A DNA stretch of 64,000 nt from Schmidtea polychroa (lineage: Eukaryota): contig CM097885.1 of NCBI GenBank assembly GCA_044892525.1, forward strand, positions 147,064,001 to 147,128,000. The letters are read 5' to 3'. Under the pieces are notes generated by a model that saw only the letters and a list, made by a program, of their open reading frames with translations, was not told where the DNA came from and did no database searches. The translations under genes and the position numbers were made by a program. Positions 13,415-23,259 of this stretch are shown one piece after another. Every line of letters begins with the position of its first letter. Positions within the stretch are counted from its first letter, which is position 1.

Positions 13415-13824
13415 TTATTTTGATACAATCTGACTCGAGTGGTGATTTCTCAGAGTCTTCACCAAACACCATTCAACATATTGTTGATAACGGAAATTGC
13501 AACAGCTACATCCGAAAATGCAAGGAGCCTCTGCTTTCATTTCTTTCATCACCCTTCCTATCTTGATATCCCATAGAAAGGTGTTTATTATATCGAATAT
13601 CCAGATTCGTGTTTGGTTGTAAATTAAATCTGGAATGATAGCTGGATCTCTATCTTGTAGAATCTCATTTAATTCTGGATAATAGAAGCATAATCTTTGC
13701 AGGATAATTGATTGATATTCATCTGTAAATAATATATATATTAATGTAATAATAAAAATTTAAAATTACCATAATGTTCATGCTCTTTCATTGAGGTGAT
13801 TGCGGAACTTTGTATGTTGTACAT
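13415..13824 (-). CDS. Spliced 120-aa Cys-motif protein (two exons: 13824-13770 and 13722-13415)
   Basis: A 47-nt GT...AG intron (13769-13723) joins MYNIQSSAITSMKEHEHY-D-EYQSIILQRLCFYYP...PCIFGCSCCNFRY...VSK*. A homologue with an intron at the same place lies at ~38225-38584. Missed by the ORF track. Confidence 0.8.
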
Positions 13825-13935
13825 TTTTGTTGAATAAATGACAACTAAACCGAAAACATTTTGTTATAAATAATCATCAGCCAATTAGATTTCGTCCAAT
13901 CAGATCAATTGCATTGAATTTGCAATGATAAATAA

Positions 13936-14400
13936 TTAATTAAGTGATAATAAAAAATCTAAAAATTCATTTCCTTCAATTATTGATTTAATTTCAGATA
14001 TGATATTATCAACTATACATTTGTAATCAATATTTTTTATTCCAAGAATTACTATCTTACCGCTAGCGAATATATTTACACACATAGGGTTATATTTTAT
14101 ATATCTCAAAGCTGGAAATAATTCTGGTTCGTAAAAGCATGGTATTAATTTAGCCAATTCATTTAAATTACAAGAAAAACCTATATCGGAAGTTAGAGTT
14201 ATCGATTGTATTTCTAAATCATAAACATTATATTCACTAGCTTTGATTATTTCCTTACACCCCATAATTCTACATTTACCAGTTTTGAAATATATTATTG
14301 GATATTTTTTACTTTTATTGATAAGTTGTTGTGGTTTCCCCATTGGAAATACCATTTTTGATACATCAGCTTTTGCCCTGTAATTTATATTTGAAAGCAT
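13936..14400 (-). CDS. TBP: TATA-box-binding-protein (TBP)-like protein, 154 aa
   Basis: YEPELFPAL and IFASGKIVILG match TBP repeat 2 (YEPELFPGL / IFxSGKxVxTG). IIYFKTGKCRIMGCK matches repeat 1, which is shortened. Confidence 0.9.
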   Translation of the reverse strand: MLSNINYRAKADVSKMVFPMGKPQQLINKSKKYPIIYFKTGKCRIMGCKEIIKASEYNVYDLEIQSITLTSDIGFSCNLNELAKLIPCFYEPELFPALRYIKYNPMCVNIFASGKIVILGIKNIDYKCIVDNIISEIKSIIEGNEFLDFLLSLN

Positions 14401-14503
14401 TTTAATGAAATAATTATAAAAACTCAGTTATATATAGTTATTTTAAAAGGAGTTCATTTAAATTATCAATATAAACAATAATTATATAGTTTAAATTTAA
14501 AAA

Positions 14504-15142
14504 ATGGAATTACGAAATGATGCAGTATACCAAATCGTTGGTCCAAGTGGTAGCGGAAAAACATTATTTGTTTGTAAATTACTAAAATCAAATTTGTTCA
14601 AAACAAAATTCAACAATATTTATTGGCATAGGGGCGCCGATGAAGAACATGGATTGACACAATCAAGTTTCTGTCAGTTGAAAAACATGAAAATAGTAAA
14701 GGGCTTTGATAAAAACTGGTCAAGTCGTTTGAAGAGAGATGATGTCATCATTATCGATGATTTGTATCAAGAAGCCAATAAAGAAAAGGATTTTAATAAT
14801 TTATTCACAAAAATCAGCAGACATGTTGGTGTTACAGTTATTTTCATAACACAAAATCTATTTCATCAAGGTGGTGCACATCGAACACGTAATTTAAATG
14901 TACAATATCTAGTTATTTTCAAGAATCCTAGAGATGCAACTGTCATTGATTTTCTTGGACGACAAGCATACCCTAATAACCGTAATTTTCTTATCAATGC
15001 ATTTCAAGATGCTACGAAAATACCTCATGGGTATATATTTCTCGATTTCACACAACAATGTCCTGATGATATACGGGTAAAAACAGAAATTTTCAACCCA
15101 AAAGGTGCCATGGTTTATAAACAAAGTTCAAAACAAATTTGA
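14504..15142 (+). CDS. A32/FtsK-like DNA packaging ATPase
   Basis: Walker A GPSGSGKT, Walker B IIIDD, plus SRH, FITQN and YLVIFKNPRD motifs typical of Polinton ATPases; intact 212 aa. Confidence 0.93.
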   Translation: MELRNDAVYQIVGPSGSGKTLFVCKLLKSNLFKTKFNNIYWHRGADEEHGLTQSSFCQLKNMKIVKGFDKNWSSRLKRDDVIIIDDLYQEANKEKDFNNLFTKISRHVGVTVIFITQNLFHQGGAHRTRNLNVQYLVIFKNPRDATVIDFLGRQAYPNNRNFLINAFQDATKIPHGYIFLDFTQQCPDDIRVKTEIFNPKGAMVYKQSSKQI

Positions 15143-15155
15143 AAACACATAAATA

Positions 15156-15650
15156 ATGTTTTCAAAAACAAGGATATCGAGTAAAAAACAACCAAAAGTT
15201 CCACCAACAACTAGTTATACTCCATCTAAAGAACTTATTACAGAAAACTTTCCTGCAATGAATCTTATTTCGAAAAATCCTAAACCTAAACCTAAAAGTA
15301 AAACCACTAAGAAAGTAAAAGTTGTTAAAAATCATCGGAGTTTCCCGTTTTTCAATAAATTGTTAAAGGCACCAAGTATGAAAAGAAACAGTATTTTGCA
15401 ATCTTTTCCAAATTATGTTGTCGATGATTTACTCGATATTATACTTAAAGTAGTCAAAGGCAAGATCAAAATCAGTAAATCTAAAAAGCAATTATTGAGT
15501 AAACATAGGAAACCTTTGCTATCATTAGTAAATAATAAAAATCGTCAACAAATGAGAAAAATTATATATAAACAACAAGGGGGATTTATCGGTGCATTGA
15601 TACCTTTAGCAATATCATTATTAGGTGGAATAATAGGAAGTCGATCATAA
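15156..15650 (+). CDS. Basic, core-like virion protein with an adenovirus pX-like hydrophobic tail
   Basis: K/R-rich 164-aa ORF ending KQQGG-FIGALIPLAISLLGGIIGSRS (GG cleavage-like site followed by an amphipathic segment). Confidence 0.7.
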   Translation: MFSKTRISSKKQPKVPPTTSYTPSKELITENFPAMNLISKNPKPKPKSKTTKKVKVVKNHRSFPFFNKLLKAPSMKRNSILQSFPNYVVDDLLDIILKVVKGKIKISKSKKQLLSKHRKPLLSLVNNKNRQQMRKIIYKQQGGFIGALIPLAISLLGGIIGSRS

Positions 15651-15653
15651 ACA

Positions 15654-15881
15654 ATGGGTGCTAATCCTTCATTACCAGACATTAAATTTAATATTAAATC
15701 TTCTTGTTGTAATGGAGAAGATTTGGACGAACCCCGAAGACGAAGCCGGTTTTGGTGGAGTGGAAAAATTAAGGAAAAGAGTTCCGAATTCGAAAAAGGA
15801 AACCCAGAAGTGGTTATCAGACCAGCTTGCGTACAGTTTGAACCAACCAATGCAGAAACGATTCCCAACAAGAGTATATAA
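15654..15881 (+). CDS. Small putative myristoylated protein overlapping the integrase 5' end
   Basis: ATG 4 nt after the upstream stop; MGANPS fits MGxxxS; SSCC motif; overlaps integrase in another frame from 15712. Confidence 0.5.
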   Translation: MGANPSLPDIKFNIKSSCCNGEDLDEPRRRSRFWWSGKIKEKSSEFEKGNPEVVIRPACVQFEPTNAETIPNKSI

Positions 15882-16290
15882 AACACATGGAATAAATGAT
15901 TTATGGCAAATGGATTTGATGGAGATGATACCCTATTCGAAAATTAACAATGGGTATAAATATATTTTAACATGTATTGATGTATTCAGTCGGTTTGCCC
16001 GAGCAATACCCGTCAAGGCAAAATCTGCAGATGAAATGTCTAAAGCTGTTAATGATTTATTTAAAGATGGACATCCTAATAACTTGNNNNNNNNNNNNNN
16101 NNNNNNNNNNNNNNNNNNNNNNNNNNNNNNNNNNNNNNNNNNNNNNNNNNNNNNNNNNNNNNNNNNNNNNNNNNNNNNNNNNNNNNNNNNNNNNNNNNNN
16201 NNNNNNNNNNNNNNNNNNNNNNNNNNNNNNNNNAACAGTAAAGTCAAGCAAATCCTCAATAAATTGAAAATAAACCATTATCGGAAATGT
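15712..16290 (+). pseudogene. Retroviral-type (rve) integrase, 3'-truncated
   Basis: MEKIWTNPEDEAGFGGVEKL N-terminus, WQMDL (first catalytic Asp), YILTCIDVFSRFARAIP. The second Asp falls in an N gap. The frame breaks after KINHY, before the catalytic Glu region. Confidence 0.88.
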
Positions 16291-16489
16291 CAATCAAAGC
16301 CTTTTCGTTATAAGTAAGAACATTTATATTATAACCTGGATTTTGTTGTTCAAATTTACTTATATTTGATAGTTTCATCGGCATATCATTAGGATCAAAT
16401 TTAATTTCAGAAAGATTGTATGAATTAGGGCGATTTCTATATTGCCTATTTATACTATCATATTTAATAATTGACAAGAAACTATACAA
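16280..16489 (-). pseudogene. Inverted fragment of the Polinton PolB N-terminal region
   Basis: DMPMKLSNISKFEQQNPGYNINVLTY resembles the FPxKLxDIxKFEKxN...INV segment found N-terminal in Polinton polymerases, but lies antisense to the polymerase body. Confidence 0.6.
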
Positions 16490-16539
16490 AAAACAGAAGT
16501 GGTCATTATTAACTACATTAATGAGACAGCTTAAGTTTC

Positions 16540-18383
16540 TTAAAGATTCTTTTTGCTAAGATTGACTCATTAACTGTTAAATTTATAGACTCTTATCAAT
16601 TTGTCAGCGAGTCTTTAAATAATGCTGTCAAAACTTTATCATCTTTACCCTTGACCGAATCAGAATTTCAGGGTACCATAATAACTGCAAAGGGGATTTT
16701 TCCTTATGATGCCGCAACTTCATTAGAGGTTTTACATAACACTCGTCAGTTACCTCCTATTTGGAAAGATGTGACTCCCGCTGAATATGAGACAGCTCAG
16801 CGAATTTGGGTTGAAACTTCATGTACTTCACTTTTCGATTACATGATGGTTTATTTAAAACTTGATGTTTTCCTTTTAGCCGATTTTTTCCAGCAATTTA
16901 GAGCTAAGTCCATTGCTCATAACCGACTAGAGCCATTAAATTTCTTAGGGATTCCAGGTATGTCTTGGAATTCAGCCTTATTAACTTTAAACTCTCCAAT
17001 TGAGTTCCTCACCGATATGGAGATGTATAACTTTTTCGAGGGCGGTATCCGTGGCGGACTAACTTTTGTAAATAAACATTATGTAAAAACAGACCCGAAT
17101 ACCGCTTTGCTTTACATAGATATAAATAATTTATACGGTTGGGCTTTAAGTCAACCATTACCTTGCAGTGACTTTGAATGGGTTACTGATGATAATTTAT
17201 TAAATAATATAATTGTTGAATGCACAACGGTAGATTTAGATCTGCTTGATTATGGTTATACCATATAAGTGGATTTAGAAATACCGATGTCAATTCACGA
17301 CAAACTGGACGATCTTCCCGTTGCCGCTGAAAAGATGTGTGTACCGGGTTCGAAAATAGAGAAGCTGTTGCTTACACACAGCCCCAAGAGGAACTATGTT
17401 CTTCATTGGAGGCTTCTACAAATATTTATTAAATTAGGTGTTAAAATATCAAAAACACATAGAGCAATTAAATTTAAACAAGATAAAATTTTCAAAAATT
17501 ATATTAATTATTAAACAACAGTCTTTACGGCAAGACTGTTGAAAATCTTAAAAAACGTATTAATTTACGTCTGTGTAATTCTTCACAGAGATTATTAACA
17601 TTCTGTTCGAAACCGACTTTTCGTAAATCCACGAAAATCGATGATGACTTGATTTCGGTTTTATTGAGGAAGGACATAGTGTGTTTGAATAGACCTAGTT
17701 ACATTGGTCAAACCGTACTTGATTTATCCAAACTCAGGATGTACCAGCTGCAGTATGAAGAGTTGCAAAAATATCGCGACGAATTCAACTGCGAAATTAA
17801 TATCGTTGCTGGAGACACAGATTCCTTCTTCTTGGAAATTAAACATTGTAGACTTGACATTCTTTTACCTGCGATGATTAGATATCAATTATTAGATACT
17901 TCGAATTATGACCCAAATCATCCTTTATATAGTAGGAACTTTGATTCTGTCATTGGTAAATTCAAAGACGAGAATAAAGGGTTATTATATAAAGATTGGG
18001 TGTTCTTGAGACCTAAATGTTACAGTTTGATGGGTGTTGAGGAAAGTATGAAGGCTAAGGGGATAAGTATGAAAGATACTGGACTAACACATCAGTCGTA
18101 TCTAGATTGTTATTTAAATGATAAAATATACACAGTCCCTCAGTTTAGAATAACGTCAAAAAATCACCAACTTTTTAGTATTAAAAATAATAAAAGAGCC
18201 TTGACATGTAGAGATGATAAGCGAAATTGGGTGGATAAAAATCAAAGTTTGGCATATGGCCATTATAGGGGCGGTGACACCGATATATTTATAGATTCAA
18301 CGGAAGCTATCTCAGCAGATGATACAGATGATTTCCATGATCCAGCAGATGATAATTATTTTGGACATGATTATTTTCGATGA
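16540..18383 (+). pseudogene. Protein-primed family B DNA polymerase (pPolB), fragmented by stops/frameshifts
   Basis: FIDSYQF, KGIFPYD, YLKLDVFLLAD, GIRGG, YIDINNLYG, DTDS, GKFKDE, LRPKCYS, KAKGI and DDKR motifs in order across ORFs 16651-17268, 17269-17514 and 17649-18383. Confidence 0.93.
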
Positions 18384-18833
18384 TGTGTTTAAATTATTTA
18401 ATAAATGTATTAGTCATATTGTCTTGAATATTTTTTAACAGTAACTTTGTGAACAATTTTTATACATTGTGTGTAATAATAATATGTTAAAGTTTCGTTA
18501 GTTACCTTTATGACCTTTACCCAGTGTGTTAATAAATTTTAGTGTATATTTAAAGTATAATTTCTTTGTTAACATTAACAAAGAAATTATACTTTAAATA
18601 TACACTAAAATTTATTAACACACTGGGTAAAGGTCATAAAGGTAACTAACGAAACTTTAACATATTATTATTACACACAATGTATAAAAATTGTTCACAA
18701 AGTTACTGTTAAAAAATATTCAAGACAATATGACTAATACATTTATTAAATAATTTAAACACATCATCGAAAATAATCATGTCCAAAATAATTATCATCT
18801 GCTGGATCATGGAAATCATCTGTATCATCTGCT
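18314..18833. repeat. 520-bp perfect palindrome (259-bp arms, 2-nt spacer at 18573-18574)
   Basis: AGCAGATGATACAG... is mirrored exactly by ...CTGTATCATCTGCT; lies next to an N gap. Confidence 0.9.
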
Positions 18834-19074
18834 TGAATATTTGTGACCTTTACCTTTGTGACCTTTACNNNNNNNNNNNNNNNNNNNNNNNNNNNNNNNN
18901 NNNNNNNNNNNNNNNNNNNNNNNNNNNNNNNNNNNNNNNNNNNNNNNNNNNNNNNNNNNNNNNNNNNNNNNNNNNNNNNNNNNNNNNNNNNNNNNNNNNN
19001 NNNNNNNNNNNNNNNNNNTTACATTGTTTAATAATATCATTGTACCCTTGCGAGTTGTTGAGCGTGACCAGTAC

Positions 19075-19512
19075 CCTTGTGAGCAGTACCCATAAGGGGA
19101 CAGAATATTTTGTCGGATAGAGTCGGAGTATATAGATTAATAATAATAATATATCAATAGCTATCGATGAGAACACTAACTTGTTGCGTGTGTGGACACT
19201 AATAATATTTTTTATATCTTGTGTGTGTGACAGAATATCTTGTCTGATAGACTATATTGTGTGTAATAATAATTTTGTCAACTTAACCGTCAAAATAAGT
19301 TTTTAAAATACCGCAACGTAATATAGTTAATAATTAAAATGTAATAAATTTTAAAATACCGCAACGTAATATAAATTTTAAAATACCGCAACGTAATATA
19401 TTTTTAAAAAAATTAAAAAAACCCTCCCCCGGGGGGTATGGCGTCATATGTCTTTGTGACGTCATCGATGACGTCATATGTCTTTGTTCCCGGGTCCACA
19501 CAATACCCTACT
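19075..19512 (-). repeat. Right terminal inverted repeat of the Polinton
   Basis: Reverse complement of the left TIR with shorter poly-T/A tracts; followed by TSD GAAGTT. Confidence 0.92.
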
Positions 19513-21249
19513 GAAGTTTTATATTTCTAAGGGGAAACGTAGAGAATAATCGATATTCGTTGAATTACCGTTTTTTTTATTAAAATCAGATTGACGAGCC
19601 ATTAATTTGATTTGAATATATTATCATGTAAGATTTATTTACTTAATCTGACAGTAATTTGGGATGATTTATCGGTAGTATCCATTGAGTTTGATGCCAT
19701 TTATACAGTATAGTTCGTTTTGATGTTATAATTAAATTTTTGACAATTAATGGAACTAATTTCAGCAAAGCTATTTAGTCCGTGATTTTACAAACAAGAT
19801 TTTCAATTTATAAATATAATGAAGGTGTAGCGTCAACAAAATTAATTTCGATTATCGGAATAATAGGGTCAAGCGTAATTTATTAAAATTTTAAACATGA
19901 TAATAATTTGTAGATAAACTAAAATTACGATAAATGGGAGCTTTAATGAAATTGTTAAGCCTGTTTAACTGATTAATTTAAAACATTTGGTCGATGATGA
20001 TATGCAATGTTTTCGTCTAAGTTAGGGAACAAATGATGCTCATTTGCAAGTCAAAAATATTTGTGTATTTCTTTTGTGTATGATAAAAATTTAAATGGAT
20101 TATTTAGATCTGATTCTCTTAAAATTCTTATATTTTCCGTTGAGCATTAAACGACAGCAGGAACTGTAAAGTAAATCGAAATGTTGGCATATTATAGTTC
20201 ACAAGAGTCAGCTCTCATTTTACTAACATTCGCCCATTCGACACATTACCAACGTTGTTCATCCAACTGGTGTCTATCGGTATGGAGCCATTGTATTCTA
20301 GGTTACACTGGAAACAGGCCAACGGGGCATAATTTTAGTTACTTGTAACCAACCAAAGCTAACTTATTACTTGGAAAATAATAATATTTCAATAAGTTAA
20401 TTAAAGTGTTTTTATTGTGAAATATCAATTTTTGAACTTTTGGAACGTAAAATTCAATTCAGACGGTACTTCATGTCATCTATTTGTTGCACTTGTTCAA
20501 AGGTTGACAAAATATTCACTTGAAACAGTTATTACTCACCACAAACAATATTTAGACAAATAAATAAAAAGTACGGTTAAAATTTTTAAATTTTCATAAC
20601 GTTCAATTTGTTACAAAACATTAATGAATTTTAATCTATGAGAAAAATTATTATTTGTTTCGATTCATTTCTCTCGGGAAATTTGTTTTTCATAATAAAA
20701 AATGTTTTACTGAAAATTTAAAATTTTCATTTATTACGATGTTCATTTTGTTTCCAGCACTCACTAATGTCACGTTATCCCTATAATTTTCATTTCTCTC
20801 TCAAATAATTGCTAATAATAATGGTCAACAGCGCGATTAAGTTCTCGTACGATGTTTCCTAGAATAATTAAAAATTTTTTATTGGAATAAGAAATGATTT
20901 AATATTTTGATAGATGTCATTGATTTAGCAGAAAAAAAGCGGGTTTGAATAATTTTTGTATTTATCAAATTGAAAAAAACAAAATAAATTTAATGAAAAA
21001 TTTGGAGATATAAAATTCGTNNNNNNNNNNNNNNNNNNNNNNNNNNNNNNNNNNNNNNNNNNNNNNNNNNNNNNNNNNNNNNNNNNNNNNNNNNNNNNNN
21101 NNNNNNNNNNNNNNNNNNNNNNNNNNNNNNNNNNNNNNNNNNNNNNNNNNNNNNNNNNNNNNNNNNNNNNNNNNNNNNNNNNNNNNNNNNNNNNNNNNNN
21201 NNNNNNNNNNNNNNNNNNNNNNNNNNNNNNNNNNNNNNNNNNNCAAGTC

Positions 21250-22218
21250 GGTTCTCTCTGACTCCTAGTGTTCTTTAAATCAAAACAATGAACGACCCAA
21301 CGTATATTGAAACAACAGGTTCACAATTTATCACCACGCTACAATTACTAATCAAAGTTTTATACGATTCTCCGCTCGGCGTTGATGCTTTGCAAACAAA
21401 TAATATTCACCTTTTAGTCCTTGGCTCTCGTTTTCCTCGGTTTCGGTTTGGTTTGATTCCTTTTTACCTTTCCGTATTCTTAATTCTATTTCTTCTTTTC
21501 CCTACTTTCCCTAATTCGTTTACCAACTTTTCCTACGCTCTGATTCTTCGAACCCTAGCTGAGGCAGAATGCCGATTTGCTCTGATTTTCCTCCTCGAAA
21601 TCAGGATGACAAATGGTTATTGCTAAGCCAATCTTTCGTTTGACATTTGCTCCTACGTATTTGCTTCGGCTGTCACCCATAATGGTCCAACGAATCCAGA
21701 TAATTAATAGCCCTACCGGTCTTCCTACGCGCGCTATCTTCTCCTTACTCTTTTCCCATTAATCATTGTGTCAAGCTAATGGGCCCAAATCTTCCTTCTG
21801 TTTGCTTTTCTTCTTGTTTACCCAGCTCGGGTTTCTTTTATCTCTCGAGTTCTCCATTGGCTCGGGTTTCCCATTAGCTCGGGTTTTCCATTAGCCAATT
21901 AATTAATTAATTAACGTTTTCTGTTTTCATACATTTGAATGTTTTTCGACCCTTCCTAACCATTTTCTAATAAATCCCTAATCATCATCTTGTTGAACAT
22001 TAGCTAATCTATACCTGTCCCGTTTTTCCCATTCGATTTCGATGATTTTTCCATTTATTGATTTTTCTCGGATTTCCGGATTCTTGCCTTTCGTAATTGC
22101 TTTTGGCATTTTCTAATACTGTTTCCATCACACTTTCCTTTACTATTGATTCTGTGCGCGATCCCGCTTTTATTTGTCTTTTTAATTTTTAATTTTTAAT
22201 TTTAATTTACAGACCTCA

Positions 22219-22220
<2 letters not shown>
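21250..22220. repeat. LTR-like repeat related to 10101-11586
   Basis: CTCTGACTCC start, repeated GCTCGGGTTT and TTCCATTAGC motifs; left end at an N gap; boundaries approximate. Confidence 0.3.
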
Positions 22221-22254
<34 letters not shown>

Positions 22255-23259
22255 CAAGCTGGAAGTGGGGCTCTTTGACATTTTTTTGTGGCTCAATAAA
22301 TTATTAAGTTGTAACTGAAATTTATTTAATGTAACTCAAATTTTTCCTTATTTCACTTAGCAACTTTTTAAGTACAGTTAAGTTGTAAAATTAATTTTAA
22401 TATAATTTTTAGATTTTCGTGCACATGTTTTTGAAGCAATTTTTAAATGCAATAAATGAAATATTGATATTTTTTTATTTAATAAATTTATTGAAAGGTA
22501 AGAAATTAAAACCAATGCTTTAGTTATTAATAAAATTTAATTTTGCATTTAAATTTAAGTTTGCATTGATAATTTTGCGATTTTCGAACATGGCTCTCCA
22601 ACCAAAACTTTTAGCACCTCTGATATATAGCATCGACATTACGTTAAATAGTTTAGAATAAATCAATAATGACATTAACAAGTTACATTGCAAGAAATTT
22701 TTATAATCTTACTTGCGAGGCAACTTCCATCTAGTTGTTCGAATAATTGCACATTTAAATCACTACTTAATTTTAATATTTTTAAAAGATAGTACATCAA
22801 TAAAAATAAAATTAATAAAAATCAATAATCGCGCAATGACCTTGAAAGGATCCTTCTGTTACTTATCAGTGTATGTGGAAACTAATGGTGGCGCCGGGGG
22901 CTTACATCTACTTAAAAACATGAATTTTCGGGACTCTCGCGATCATTTTGCATAATCTGAATTTTATGAAATTAAAAAATTTTAAATGAATAATAATAAC
23001 AATAAGAATTCAATTAAAATACGAATTTTCTTTCTAAAATATTTTCCAATCATTTACATATGAAAATATATTATTAGGGCGTTCACTTAATTTTAAAGCT
23101 TTAAATATCAAATATTTGTGAAGAAATATTTTCGTTAATTTACATGTTATTGACAATCACGCTTTAACACAGATATTTAACAGACATTTTAAGAAATGTT
23201 TTTTTGAATTTTCGTTAATAAAAACTATTTTTTCGTTAAGAAAAACTATTTTTTATTAA

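Larger units (their letters stand above)
11673..19512. mobile_element. Polinton/Maverick (polintovirus-like) element, internally rearranged, carrying a TBP homologue
   Basis: Termini AGTAGGGTATTGTG...CACAATACCCTACT; long TIRs; exact 6-bp TSD GAAGTT (11667-11672 and 19513-19518). Encodes pPolB, rve integrase and A32-like ATPase. Length includes two N gaps. Confidence 0.95.

Noticed and set aside
13936-14400. Host TBP/TRF gene or processed pseudogene
   Set aside because: Far too divergent from the highly conserved eukaryotic TBP core, enclosed by TIRs/TSD, and syntenic with viral genes in a second copy.
11673-19512. A naturally minimal, capsid-less 7.8-kb Polinton lineage
   Set aside because: The integrase is truncated, a PolB fragment is inverted at the junction, a core-like protein with protease sites remains, and copy 2 retains capsid remnants. 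Secondary deletion is the simpler explanation.
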